The position numbers were made by a program, and so were the translations under genes. Below, piece after piece: positions 26,738-42,100 of a stretch of 64,000 bases of DNA. This stretch comes from Lingula anatina. Its lineage: Eukaryota; Animalia; Brachiopoda. Below the pieces are notes generated by a model. It was not told the DNA's origin. It did no database searches and saw only the letters and a program-made list of their open reading frames with translations. The stretch is from assembly GCA_051362555.1 (NCBI GenBank), contig CM120640.1, positions 21,948,001 through 22,012,000 on the forward strand, in the 5' to 3' direction. Position 1 is the first letter of the stretch; each line of letters begins with the position of its first letter.

Positions 26738-29700
26738 ATGGCGGAAGAAACAAGAGGCGGAACGTGAGTGCTGCTATGTTTACAATTTACTTTGTGTTGA
26801 AGTACAAGTAATTTGCTGTGAGGAGGGACACAGTGATCGAGGAAGCCGATGGGGCTTGCCAATAAACAAATTTTTGCATTTGCATATAAAAATGATGCAA
26901 GATAATCCTTAACTTCTGGGCCATCTATCATTTTAAATCTGAACAAATTTTTAAATGCAAATACATACTTTTTTTAACCTCGTCGACTGCCACCAAGAAA
27001 AAGAAGCGCTTTGAAAACTACGATGACAGTTGTCTTTGTTAGTTTTATTCTAGGCCACCGTTGCTAGTACAAAAGAAAAATGAGGACTATCACAATTTAC
27101 ATATCAAATATATTCCCAACCGGTTTAAATGAAAGTTTGGAGTACCATCCCAGGAATATTTAACAACGTTGTGATAAGAACTGCCCCTTCATATGAGCTT
27201 GATCATTAATTGGTACATAACCTCTGATGAAAAACAGCTGGTGGTAGGGGATGGATTTAAATATCTAAGGAATGCAACATGTAGCTAAGTACACTGTAGC
27301 ATTATTAGTGCCCTTCATGTGTTCATAGGTTTATTGGTCCTAATGTTCTTTCCAAAATTTCATTCTTACATAAGTTAAAATGCATTCTCTTTTAACAGTA
27401 TCAATAGTGTAAACCATTTCTGTTTGAATTATTCTGGTAGTCTTTACCAAGGTAACTTAATTAACTTACCAACAAACCATTGAACAGAAACATAAAAAAA
27501 GTTTAGGAACAGTAAACCCTTGAACAAATGGTCTTGGCCCAATTGATTTTGTAGTTATGTAATCTTTAGACTATTGAGCAGCAGAACTATGTTGTTCATC
27601 TTTAAGACAGGGTCAACATCGAAACAACTGTGATTTTCATCTGTTAAAATGGTAATTAACTTGATGAGAAGAATTGGATGGACCACTCCTGATATGCCAA
27701 CTATCACTCAACATGAACAGCAAATGTTTTTTTCTTGAGAACTTATAGAAGTCAATGTTTTGATTTATATCCCTGGTTGAGATTGAAAACTCATGATAGT
27801 CTGTATAGGGTTTCATGCAAACCATGCGTGCTGGGGTAGACTTAAATAAACTATCAATTTTCTTGACAAATGCAGTGTCAAGACTCATTGACTACTTTCC
27901 TTCAGCAGTAGAACATTGATTTTTCTTCCTCTTTTGTGTTTCAGAAATAAAAGGCCAAGTAACAGTTCTACCTGCAAAGAAATTGAAGATGGAATAAAAC
28001 AGATACTCTGTATAAACACACCAGTTACTGAAGATGACAAGAAACAGAGTGGTAACATATCAGTAGACAGTAAACACGGAGAGGATAACAAGACAAACTT
28101 TAGACAAGATAAAAAGAAAAAAGAAAAGAAGAAAAATGCCCAAAACATGGCTTGCATTACACAAGATGAACAGTCTTCTAAGTCAAAACAGAAAAAACAA
28201 AAGCTGAAGAAGAGCAAGCAAGTTGAAGGGGATGAACCTGAAAAAAATGCTAAATTGCCAGTTGAAGAAGTTAGTCAAAAGTCTTCCAAGTCTGAAAGAG
28301 TGCCTACTGCAGGTAGGAAACCTCTTGAGCATATGGAAATTATCTGTAATTCAGTTGAAGTAATTGTTTTTAAGCCTTCTTTTATAATGAGTTCATAACT
28401 GGATATGTCTATTAGTAGTCAGACAACACCCTTGTGTCCATCTGAAAACCTGTGTATCTTGCCCACTGATGTTTCACCTGACTGTTAGTAATTATGATGA
28501 GAGAGGAAAAGCCACAGCAAAACATGAATTAATACAGGAGAGCCACAGTGCCTGTTATGATTATTCTCTTTATTAATACCTACATTTTTTGATGTATTCT
28601 TTTCCCATGAGTAAATAAATCTGGAGATAAGACCAAGCATTGACCTCTCAATCAGGTGAAACATCAGTGGCTGGCAGAAGTCCATATGAGGAGCTGTTAG
28701 TTTGTTCTAAAACTCCCAACACAGGCTTCAAATTTCTGCCTCTTGTTCGAAATTAGGCTACACAGAAAACTTCAATATATCTGAATCTATAAATCTATAA
28801 AGGTTCACTTCTGGATATGCTTTATATTTGTTATTATCATTAGTGAAGAGTTTCAAAATAAATCATCTTTTAAAAATAAGTCTTTTAATTAACTTGATAA
28901 ATGAGAGAATACTTTTGTCACACATTACCTTGCATTCAAGAAATAGCTTGGAGAAAATGGGTCAAAGGAGGTGTGTTCAAACTTTTCTTGTTGAATTATT
29001 TAACCCAGTATACCCTTTGATTTGTATGAAAAAAAGCACTTCCAAGAAGTGACTGAAATTATCAAGCACATTGTATGTGCATCTCAAATAAGTATAAGTT
29101 TGAGTTCCACAACCTGTTCCACAAGTTATTGACTGTGTAGATGTGAAAACTATGATTTACACATTTTACAGTTTAACATATTGGTACTGTCGTAAGATAC
29201 ATTCATGCCAGGTATAACAGCACTAGATTGTCTATAAGACATTAATAAACCACCAATTTTGTTGTCTGAGGCCACTCTCAACTTAAAAACTACTTACAGA
29301 TAGTCTTTTGGGGTGCAGCTATTTGAAGGGTGAGCAGTTTGTTTTTCCAGTGATCATGTCAAAACCCTGAGCAGGTGGAAAAATACACTTGGTGTGGCTT
29401 GAGACAGTGCTTATGCTGGTGGATAGAAATGACGTTTGAAATAAATAATTAATGACAAACCCATGTGTTTATAACATTTTAGAGACAGAAGAGAGGCATC
29501 TTTGGGAAAGCAGTGATTTTGTAAAACCAAGCGAGGAGGAATTGAAAAAATTGGAACTAGAGCATATATTTCCCTTGAAAAAGGTAATCTTCTCATCTCC
29601 AGGTCTGCATTTTCATTAGAATGCAATGTAGTGAACTTTTTAACTGACATTCACATGAATAAGATGAGAAAAAGAAATAGATGAGACTGATATGGGGTAG

Positions 29701-32700
29701 TTTGAGTTTTGCATGTTGGTGTTAGTCACCTTAGGTACACTTTGAAATTAGGTTTGCAAAATTGTTATTCACAGATTTATATATTATTATGAACAGACAC
29801 TATGTGTCTGAACATTTTGTAAATAACTCCTTTGAATTAAATATCATTTTCAGACTATCTGTATTCTAAGAAAATGTATCAAAATTTCTTTGAGAAAATA
29901 GAAAAGAAATGTCACAGAATGGATGTGACTCTGACATTTCAATTTCTGGTTGCATTTTTTATTCTTCCATGCTGATATATACAGCTGTCCAGATGCAGGC
30001 CAGCTTTGTAATTTTCAAACCACTATCATATTGCATCCTTTTTAGCCTTCATTGTTCTCTCATTTGAGTTACCTTTGAAAATCATAAATATTCATTAACA
30101 GAATTGCTGAATTTCATGAAAGAACTTTAAACTTTAAGGTCTATTGTCTAATGTCTTATTAACAATAGAACAATGCCTGAAGTACTCTTTCTGAAGTAAT
30201 ACATAGAATGTGTGTAAATGCATAGAGTTGGCAACGTTACCCTGCTCTATATCTGAATGCATGTATGGAATGTATTAACTGGTCTATATAGATGCACATA
30301 TAAAAGCCTAACCTTGGTTTTGATGACATGTATGTAAAGAACCATGAGAAAATAATAGATGCTTTTCCCACATAGGTAATTTTATTTGAGTAGCATATAA
30401 TCTACCATTTTACAAGGAATTGAAGTAAAAATTCAGGTGCATGATTAACTACAAGAAAAAAATATGAAGAGTCATTAAAAACCCAAAAGATAAGTCTGTA
30501 GGATCAACTTTATTAGGTAGCTGGTGTTTGCAAATGTGGCTATCGTGCTCACAACGAGAATCGTGATTGTATTGCTGTTGTGGCATTGCTTATCAAGATA
30601 GTCTGCAAAAGTCCAAAGTTCAGGCCACAAAAAGTTAATCTGTAATTTATGCTGTTATTGCAGTATTGATGTATATCAGTGTACATTTTTAGAAGTTAGA
30701 TTATTTTAAAGGTTATGTATTTAAATGTATATTATGTTTCAGAAATCTGTACGGTTTCCTAAAGCCAGGTTTTTCTGCCGACTCTGCGAATATCATTGTG
30801 ACACTCTCCAGATATGTGCAAATCACGCAAAGGACAACAGACACAGAAGGCTTAAAGGGGTAAACCAAAGAGACTTGAAAAAAAATGTTGCAGGGGTTTA
30901 ATGAAATGTTTGAAAATGTCATACCTCTCTGTTTGAAAGAAGCATTATATGGAAGATTGAATTGTGGTAGAAAATGCAGATTTTTATGATAAATTATGTA
31001 TTGTTGTAGTCCGGCAGTCAGGTTAACTTACTGTTAAGGTAACTGCATGGGTGAAAGTTTTCAGGACGTGCCTGATTTCACAATTTTTGCGATGAGAAAT
31101 TGCTAGCACCATTTTCAGGATTTTTCTTTTTTACAACTTTCACCCATTAGAGAAAGTAGATAGTTGTTTCCTTTTTCATTTCTGATTTGAAAAAAAAAAA
31201 TAAAAAATAAAAAAAATAACCATTTATAGAGGTTTTTTGGTGTGAAATGGTTTCCAGAAATTATTTGCATTTAGATTAAAAATAATGCATACAGCTCTAG
31301 ATAGAAATGATTTGGATTAAAATTCAAGCTGATTAATTAATTTGTCCTCCCCTTTTTATGAAAAGCTGAAGGAATCTAATACCATGCTAAGGCACTTGGC
31401 TCCTCCTTCATCTGCACATCTACAAGCAGTGGACAAAGCTCTAAATAAAGTGCTAGAGAAACAGGCTTTGACACCACAAGATATACAGAAGAGGGAAAAT
31501 ATTACCAAGTCTCTGGAGGAAGTGATTCAAACAAAGTTACCTGGTGAGTTTATTTTACTTGTGCAGTCTAAATGTTTGATCATTATTTCCATTGTCAGGA
31601 ATAGCTGAATATGAAAGAATATTTAAGAATGATTAATGCTGCATGATAAGCCATTTAGAGAGTGCATTCTATAAAGTGTCTGTGGTAATTGAAAAGCACT
31701 TCTCATTTGTTATTAATTATTTTCCTATCACTGTATATTGAAAAGAACCTAAGGGTTTGCTTAATGAAATTTCCCGTACAAATAATTAGTTTTTCAATTC
31801 AGATGTGTATCTGCGTTTGTATGGCAGCTCAGTGAATGGATTTGGCTTGAAGTCAAGTGATTTGAACATCGATGTTGTTGTGGGCAGCAATGCTAATATT
31901 GCATATGTTTTAATGACAGCCTATGAACTACTTAAGGAAAGTCGTGAGTTCTTGATCATTCAAAATTTTTTGCATTTAAACTCCTGTGGTTGCTACTTAA
32001 GATAACACCTGAATTTTTTTTAAATAAAAAGGTCTTTAAGGTATATTTAATGTTATGTGTAATTTGTAGACCTTTAAGAATGGTGTAAAGCTGTGGAGAA
32101 ACCTTTTTCAAGTCAAATAGTTGGTTTTCTAATCTATTGTAGCACTGTTTAACCAGGCTGTGAGTGATTTTTCTGCCAAGATTCCTTCCATCTATGTCCC
32201 TATTGATGGAGAGACTGCTAGGTGCCAACTCACTGTTCATAATGAGCTTTCCTTTGAAACCAGCCAGCTACTCCAGCTCTATTCCAGAATAGATAATAGG
32301 GTTGGAAAACTTGGTATTTTGTTCAAATACTGGGCAAAGGTATGTACTTTATTAGTCTATCTATAGTGGGTTTACCTTATGCTTTAGCTTGTCTCTTGTT
32401 TTTTTAAGACAGAGCCCACATTTACTTTTCAATCATAAACTCTGGGCAGTGTGCACATAGCATAAAATGGGTATTTTTAGCAACCATTTCTTTTTATTAG
32501 GCAGCTGAAGGAAAAAAGCTTGCATGCTTAAGCAGGGAATGACACTTGGTTTTACAATATATGTCACTGTTGCTTCTACTTCAGTTGTGTAAAGCAGACC
32601 GTCAAGATGCAGGGTCCTTGCCATCATATGCATTCAGTTTGTTGACTGTGTTCTTCTTACAACAACACAACCCACCAGTGTTACCAGTTTTACAAGAAGT

Positions 32701-35700
32701 AGGTCAACATTTTTTTTAAGGCTTTCAAATTTGATCTGACTTATTCTTGCTTTATCTACATGAAAGGAAGAAGGATTTTTTCACACTGTGCCATCTATAG
32801 AAATTATCCTGACACCGAATTCATAAATGATGGCTGAGTAGTTTTCTGTCCTCTCCAAAGTTTTTGTCATCTTCAATTTCCAATTTGTAAAATTAAAAAC
32901 TTTTGAAGCATGATTAAATTGTAAAATTAATTCCCATGTTTCCATGCAGAGCAGCTTACATATTGCTTGTTAATGAATTGTTGTTAATGAATTTAATGAC
33001 AATAATTGAAAATATAAATTTGATGTGTGTTTTGTGAATGGAGGCTTCTTAGTTTGGTTTTGGTTGTATTTTGCTCGTTGTCTCTATTTTTCATTAAATG
33101 GATTTCATTCTGGGAAGTTTTTGAAAAAGAAAAATTGATTTAAAATACATAGTGATATGAATTCTTGTTGTGCTATGTATTGTTGTACAGGTTCTTCCAA
33201 AAGGATGCAAAGAAAGACCACAAAAGAAGATAGATGGCAAGAATTGTTGGTATTTTGAAGATGTAGACAATTTGGTACGCAGGGGTAGAGATTTTGTGAT
33301 AAAAATGATGTAAAGGCAAAAATGAAGAAAAAAGAAGATTAAATCAAAAATAATTTTGATTTTTCACTTCTATCTGCAAAACTGACAAATAAATACTATT
33401 ATTTATCAGGTTTTATGAGCAGACATTTGTTAAAATCGAAAGCTGGTTCACTAAACAAAAAAAATTTGAGGTTGATTTTTTAGCTTGTTCAGATATTAGC
33501 TATTAACATATCAACCCCTACAACATATTATCTACCTTAACAGGATATGTCAGAAGTATTCTTAATTCATTTTCAGTCAAGTGTATGGACCAGCAAGAAC
33601 ACCCAGTCCCTGGCAGAGCTCTGGTTGGAAATGCTCAAATTTTACAGCCTGAATTTTGACATAGGAAATTATGTAGTTTGTGTCAGACAGAAACAACTTG
33701 TCACTAGAGATGAGAAGAAGTGGTCAAGCAAGAAATTAGCCATAGAAGGTTTGTTTTAATTAATAAAACTACTTTGGTAATTGTCAGGCCTACCCATCTA
33801 CCAGACTCGGCACCTACGGATCCAGAATAAACCGGTATATCAGACCACACTACCCGTTTTCAAGGTGTGTGTCAGATCGCATTACAGAGTATCATTCCCC
33901 ATCACAAATTTTGTAAGCCTACCTGTCATTCGGGTATCGTGCCTCGTTTTTGTCAAGTAGGAGTCGTATGAATACAACAACATGGAAATCGGCAATCCTC
34001 GGCTCATTCCGCAAGCTCCATACTATTGTCGAGTGTGGAGACATCGGAGTAGTTCCGAGTGACAACATGGCGACAGATGACTCACTGAATCTCGTCCAGA
34101 AAATATTTAACCCCCGACAGAATATGCTTCCGCTATCAAAATTAGGTCTACTTTTCTAAATGAATATATAAGTTTGCAAGTTCTTATTTACAAAACATCA
34201 TTGGTTATGTTCGAACCTAAATTTTATGTTAAAAATTGCGGTATTGTCAGATTTTTAGCATAAACAGGGAAATTTGCAGCAGCGCATGAATCTAGATGAG
34301 ATGCACTACTTTCCAACCCCGCTTTAGACCACAGTGGAAGTGAAGAACAAAAGATTCAGACGTGGTGTAACTCGCATAACCGCACATCTCACATGAATGC
34401 GTTATAACCCGCTAATGGACCCATGGTCTAAATAAGATAGATCCCTTGTCAGCCAGGGTTATGTGACATCCACTCGTGCTTCGCACTCGTGTATGCCACA
34501 TAACCCTCGCTGACTCGGGGTCTATCTATTACTACGATCATCGCTATCACATCGCGCTCCAGGCAATGTGGTGGCTGATACTCTGTAATGCGATCTGACA
34601 CACACCTTGAAAACGGGTAGTGTGGTCATATATACCGGTTTATTCTGGATCAGTAGGTGCCCAGTCTGGTAGTTGGTTAGGCCTGATTGTATTCTTTGTA
34701 GAAAAGAAAACTTCATTTGGATAGTACAGTGACCAGTTGGAAGCTCTACAACCATAAATACCAAATATTAACATTTTGATACCTTATTATTTGTTTGTTT
34801 TTCTTATGATGATTTTTCTATCTCTAGACCCATTTTCTGTGAAGAGGAATGTTACAAGGTCAGTAAGCCACAGTCAAATATTCGAATACATCTATGACAG
34901 ACTGAGGGCTGCCTATAAGTACTTTGGAAGTCCACAATTCAAAGATGGAATCAAACCCAAAATGAACAGCTCTAAGGAAGGCAAGTCAAAAAATAAGATC
35001 TCAGAAAAAGGTAAGGAGTATGCAGTAACGAATGACTTAATTGGATTTATTTAAAAAGGATCCCTTACATTTTTCAGAATAATGCTTTGTTATAATTGCC
35101 AATAAGGTATGATTCAAAAGTTTTGAAATGTCATTTTTGTGTATGTCACAAAATGTGTTCTTATAAAAAACTGGAGATGATAAATCTTTACAACATATTA
35201 TATTGGAATAAGTTAAGTGTTTGGAATTAACTAGGGACTAGTATATGAACATTAACCCATTATGATAATGCACTTTAGGAAATTTAATATTTCTGTTCAT
35301 TTTTGATGACAGCATCTAGTTTTCTTATGTGCTGGGTCTTGTATTAGACAGAGGAATCGAATATTAAGATCGAAAAGTAACACACAGCTTTATTTAGCTG
35401 TAACAACCATAATAATATGTCAGCATTTATTTATGTAATGGAATTGATATCAAATTATCTGCTTCATTATTCCAGTGAGTCAACACCTTAAAACAGAAAA
35501 GCAGAATATCAGCACATATGCAGAAGAGGTAGTAGAGGAAATAGTGAGTGGTGCCATGCAAAAAGTTTCAGACTCTGATACTAGAGCACAGCAAATGCAG
35601 TATAAAGAACCGTATTCAGAACCTTCACAAATTGTGCACTGTGATTCTCTAGGGGAGTTTGCTGCAGGTTTGGTGCAATCTATTATTCAGGATGCCTTGA

Positions 35701-38700
35701 TGATACGTCACAAGGAATTCAAACTTTCCTCTAATGGTGAAAGGGACCATGGGTGTTTCACTGAGGATGTGAATGAAAAGAAAATGTCCCTAGGAACTTT
35801 AGAGAATGAGATTGGTAAAAATAAAACAAGTGACACCAATAGAAATTATACATACATTGAAAAGGAAAAAGGAAATGATGGAAGCAGGAATGAAAAGAAC
35901 ACAAGTGATGAGTTGAAACATAATCTAGATGCTCAGGGTGCTCTTGTAGGAAGCAAAGATCAAAAGTCTTCAGACAGAGAGTCAGAAAAACTAGATGTTG
36001 AAGATTACAACTATGTTTTCAGTGAAGAAACTCTAACAGATGGAAAGGTATACATATAAATTGTTTTGTATTTGACATGAAACATATAAATCAAAAAAGG
36101 ATATTCATAATTGCCACATAACTGGTAAAAATTCTAAGTAAGTTGCCAGCAGTGCTGTCAGTTAATAGCGAAAATAGGGAAGAATATTGCTTTTAATTTC
36201 TGTTTTGAATTTGATATTTTTCTCAATGCTGTTGTAGGGACCAGGAGTGATGTGTGCAATATGCCTTCAAGAGGGACATCTTAAACAACACTGTCCTGAG
36301 GAGACCCTACCTGAGCTCCAACCTCTTCCTCCTCTCACAAAACCTTACATCAAACTGCTGGACAGTGTACTTCAGCAGGTGCCTGGTAAGTGTGCTTACT
36401 TGAGTGGTAAAGAGATCAATTTTTAGATAATTTTTAATGAAGTTACTAAGTTTTTATTGGTTTTTATGCCATTTTGTGGAGTATTTCTTGCTTTCAACAG
36501 TTAAGGGTATTGTAGTAAAGAAAAAACTAATTATCGTGATAATGGGCATATATAAAATAAAGTTATGATGAAAAAATTCAGACTTGAAAGCATTTGTTTC
36601 ATGTCTTTGTTCTTGACCTTGCTTCAGATGACTTTGCACCCACAGACAGAGAAGTAAATGAAAGAAACCAAATCCTGAGGGAGTTGGAGGATTACATACG
36701 GGAGCAGTACCCCAATGCCAGGCTCCAACTCTTTGGCTCTTCCTGTAATGGCTTTGGGTTCCAGCATAGTGACCTCGACATCTGTATGACCTTTGTTAAT
36801 CACAAAACAGCAGAGGTAGGCTGGTGGATCTTTTTGCACTGTTTTAAATCAGTGGTATTTTTGTGTTTATATTTGTTTATATATGTATTAATGATGAAGA
36901 AAGCCTTAGTTATTGAAATATTCGATGTGAATATGACTCACTAAAAAACATTTAACCTTGCCTATCATGGTATTTATCAGTTTGTCATTTATATGAACTT
37001 CAGGGTATAAACTGTGTAGAAATCATTGAGGACTTGGCAAAGATCCTAAAGAAACACAGAGGCGTGTATAATGTTATCGCCATCACCACTGCCAAGGTCC
37101 CTATTGTCAAATTCAAGCACAGGAAGAGCCAGCTAGAGGCAGATATTAGTTTGTACAATACGTTGGTGAGTGGGTGTACTAGATACAGGGAAATTCATGA
37201 GCTTTGAAAATGATTTTGCATTTTCTGTCACAGCTGATATGAATAAATAAAAAGTCTTTGACTGTGTTGTAAATTTTTTATTTCGTAGACGTGCCTTTAA
37301 CACATAGATGTTGCTAAGTACCAATGAGAATAGGATTATATACTTTTTTTTCAAAATGACAAAGTGTGGTATTTTAAATGCTTGTTAAGTATGTAGACCA
37401 CATCTTGTTTAATTTATTTCAGGACAAGTAATGCTTTTTGATCATATTTTAACAGATAAAGAGAATTTAAACAAATTGCCCAGCTTTAAGATAGACTGTT
37501 CGCTGCTTGAACTAGCCATGCCAATAATGACTGGACTGGTAGCTGCTAAATCCTTGGTTTGAAAGGATGGCTGAATTCAAAGCCAAAACTTCAGCATATT
37601 TTAATTATCCCAGAGAAAAATACCATTTTCCCCTGGAAAATGTGTAAAGTAACTAATTTAAGTAAGAGTTTTTCGTGGGTAAAATGATACACTGTGTACT
37701 TTCAAGATAAAATTTTAATCAGCTTTAATTACTATGCAGGCCCAGCATAACACCCGGCTGCTGCAGCTGTACTCTGAGTTAGATGAAAGAGTGAAGATTA
37801 TTGGCTATGTCATGAAGGTCTTTGCAAAGGTATGGGACCTGCTGTTAACTCTGTGCCTCAGGCCACATCCAAAGCATGTTAGGCTTTTCATTTTTATTAC
37901 AAGTGTTACCTTTTCAGGGGCGGATTGAAACTGTCTTCTGGGTCTTCTGGAAGACGGTCAGATTTTCAAGTTTACATTGATGGGTATCAAATTTTTTCTG
38001 TGGGAAGACGGTCAAAAATAGAGGATGGATCAACAAAGATAATTTGGATGACTGTCAGAAAATATTTCTAGATCTGCCCCTGCTTTTTTTTATAAATGTA
38101 ACCAAAAGATGTATTGATTTTGGAACTAGCATTAACTAACTCTTCACAAAAAATTGTGGATTTCAAAGTTAAGTACCATTTGTTTTGTGAGACACAAAAC
38201 AAATGTTTGTTATGCGTATGATTTCATGATAAAAAATGTGTATGTGGCATTTTCTTTTAACTCTGTACTATGTGGTATTTAACTCTGTTAGGGTTGGTGG
38301 TGTATAGAATATAGTGTGTAATTCTAACTGTCTAGCAGGGGAAGCCTTTCATTGTCCTGTCATTGTTTCAGATCTGTGATATAGGTGATGCCAGCAGGGG
38401 GAGCCTCTCTTCCTATGCCTATGTCTTGATGGTCCTGTATTTTCTACAGCAAAGAAAGCCACCAGTCATACCTGTGCTGCAAGAGGTGGGGATCATGTGT
38501 GCATAAGAGTGAAAAAATCTTTACTTCAGAAATATTTTGTGTCTGTGTCGGCACTCTTTTGAGCATCTGTGGCTGCTTTCAGTTAGTTTGTAAAGATTTG
38601 GTAAATGTGGCATTAGTACTTTTTCTTCTTTGCTTAAACTACACTATATAACTTGGATATTGGAATTTAGACTTTGGATCCTATTTGAGCTCAGTAAAAT

Positions 38701-39162
38701 TTCATCTTTTTTCTCAGATGTATGATCCCAGTACCAGTAAGCCTGAGGTTATAGTGGATGGCTGTAATGCTTGGTTCTTCCAGAATGTCAGCCACAGAAC
38801 TTTGGTAGGTTTTGTGACAATTTTTAAAAGATATTGGCAGTTATTCTTGATATGCTATATTCCAGCATACATATAAAGGTTACCAGAGCAGACGGAATAT
38901 TTGTGGAGGAGTTTCATGTGCTGTTTTCAAGAGATACTAATGAAACTTCATATACTTGATCATACCATTTTTTTTTTTTTGTCAGTTCAAGTTTTACTTT
39001 AGAAAAGAATCCATCCCTAACTAAGGGGCACTCTAGGATATTGATAACAATAAATTCTAATAAACATTGAAGGCAGAAGCTGTTAAAACTAAGCATTTAA
39101 AGTCCTTAAAGTCCTTCATGCAGTTTTAACTTCCGTTTGACATAATCTTATAATTTAAAACC

Positions 39163-39197
<35 letters not shown>

Positions 39198-42100
39198 TGT
39201 ATGTATGTATGTATTTATGTATTATTTATTTATTTATTTTAATGAAATACCTACCCCCTATTTACTGTTTTTCATCCAGAGCCAGCATTGGTCCAGTGCA
39301 GGGCAGAACAGGGAGTCTGTGACAGAGCTCTGGATAGGACTGCTGAGGTTCTACACTGAGGAATTCAACTTTAGAGAGCATGTTATCAGCATCAGGCAGC
39401 TCAAACCTCTGACAAGGTTTGAGAAGATGTGGAATGGGACTTGTATTGCTATTGAAGGTATCTTTTTCATAGATGTTAATGGTTTTCAGTCAAGCCTTCA
39501 CCAAAAGACTCTAATTAAAATTACATATTAATAATGTCATTTATGTTAACTTTTAGAGGTTAAGTCTAATGAAAATGCATATAGATAATTGTGTTTTAAG
39601 TCAATTTGCATGTTTTGAATTGTACCGTTTGTTTTAGATCCCTTTGATCTGAGTCACAATCTAGGGGCTGGCTTGTCTAGGAAGAGTAAGTATTTCAACT
39701 TATTCTGAAGATATTAAGCTTGAATCTCAAAAGTTAAAAAAAATGTTTTGTCTTTCAATTTTATTTTGATTATGTAGAATAACAAAGAACATTCGTTTTC
39801 TGCAAAATTACATTATTTTGAACCTGGTTAGAACTTGTACATATAACTTTTTAGTGAATACCTTTATCCGGAAGGCATTAATCAATGGCCGAAGACACTT
39901 TGGAAAACCAGTTAAGGATATCCCACGTGCTTACAGATCAATACAGGTGAGAGCTATGAAATAATCCTTGTAAAGATGTAGAATTTGATATAAGATTTTT
40001 AACAGTATTGATACACTAATTTTGCAAATAAGCCTCTTTAAATACAACATAATTTAGAATTTTTAAAATGTTATTTTTAGGACTACTTTTTTGATGTTGA
40101 CTATCTGACTGATGGCCAACCACCCAATGATAGAGGATGTAGAGTGTGTGGGAAAATAGGACATTTCGCCAAAGAATGCCCCATAGTTGTCAATAGGAAA
40201 GAAAGGTATGATGTGTGTGTGTCAAGTTTTTCAGTTAAAGGATTTTTTTACCAATGTCTATACATGTGTTTTGAAGCAGCAGGGTGAGAGTGATATTATA
40301 GAAATGGTAGTATTTGATTACTGTTTGCCTCATGAAATAAGTTAATGTGGACTCTCATTAGTCCAAACAATTAAGGGAATCATAGCAGCATGCAGCCCAG
40401 CTGGTGGTACTCCTGACTGTCAGCAGTGCCAAAACTTGCATGCCTCATGCAGTGTAAATGAAGTGTATGTAATTGATGTTTATGTCACAGACTGTTTTAT
40501 GTACATTGAGCAGGGAACAGAGAGAGAGAAAAGAAAGCCAGGAAAGAAAAAAGAAAGCTGACAGAGAAGGGGAAGACGGATCTCATAGAAATGATCAGCA
40601 AAGAAATAACAACAATAACAGGAACAGGGGTGGGTGAATCTAGTTTTTCCATATCATTTCTTTTCAAGCGATACCAATTTTTTTCAAACCAGTAAAAACC
40701 ATTAATGACATATTTTCCCCACATGGATATTTGCTGTATGTCTGTTCTCTTCATACAAATGTATGTGTCATATTTTATACTAGATGGTATTATTTGGACA
40801 TTTTGTAATTGGGTTAGGCACATTGCATAAATTTTATTAATGCAGCTGTAAGATTGTGAATCGTTTCATTGTTAAATTGTAACCGAATTATAGTCACAAG
40901 GTATCCTGTTGGTATTTTTAGGTGGTTCTGCTCCAATTTCTATCCCAAGAGCAGGTCACTATCAAGGTCAGCAAAATACTCCTCCGACACAAAACTCACC
41001 TGGAGGACTTCTATTCTACAACTCTTCCATGATGCACTCACCTCCTAACCCGGTAATAAATTCATATAACTTTGACCGTTCTACATGTAGCACAGTGATA
41101 GATATGTTATATGAGCGACACTTTGGAAATGTAAAAACAAAAATAAAAAGATAAACATTAGAAAACAAAAATGCATTGTGACCCTAGTCACAATATAGGT
41201 TTACAGAGGTTATATATTGCTTCTCCACATGGCTTTGCTCTGTAACTCATGTATTATGTAACTGTTATCGTAATTTTACACTCAAGAAAGAAAAAAGAAG
41301 AGATGGTAAAAGAGGAAAATTCTATGTAACAGAGCTGTATTCTATGGTAGCTGACCATTTGATTATTACATTCTGACCTCAGATTATGTATTTAAAAATA
41401 TCAAGTTAAGATGCATATTTTATGTGAAGAATCTAATACTTTTATCCATTTCCATCTGTGAAGGCCTACAATCAGGTGCCCAGGCAAATCCATCAGTCTC
41501 CAGGTAGAGAGTTTTATAACCTCCCTCCGCAAGCACAGCAATTCCCACAGAACCAACAGTACCAGCAGCAGAGGAACCAGCGACATTATCATCAAGGTTC
41601 CCCACAGCAGCAGCACCAGCAGCACCAGCATGGAGTGGTACACCAACATCAACAGAATCCGTTCCAGCAAGCACACTGGTATCAGCAAAGACAGCAGTAT
41701 TTTATGGCACAGAGGCAACAGCAGCATGGACCACAGCAGCAGCAGCAGCAGCAGAAGTTACAGCCACAGAAGCAGGTAATATTAAATTCTAACAATGTCA
41801 CACCTCTCATGTATAACTTGCCATGTCATCAAAGAAGTGTAGTTTGGTCATGACTGCAGCATTCTGGATTAAATTGGGAGGGTGTTTTAAGTATATGCAT
41901 TATAGGTTGAATTTAAGTCGAAAGAATTAACATGAAATAAAACAATTAAATGTGTGTGTTTTTTTTCAGTATATGCTACCCACTCGTGGTACAGAACCAC
42001 CTCAGCAGAGTGGGAGAGCACAATCTTCTGACCCCAGACATATCTCCAGGGAGGACAATACTGGAAACTTAGGTCAGTCACTTCCTCATAGCATATTTAA

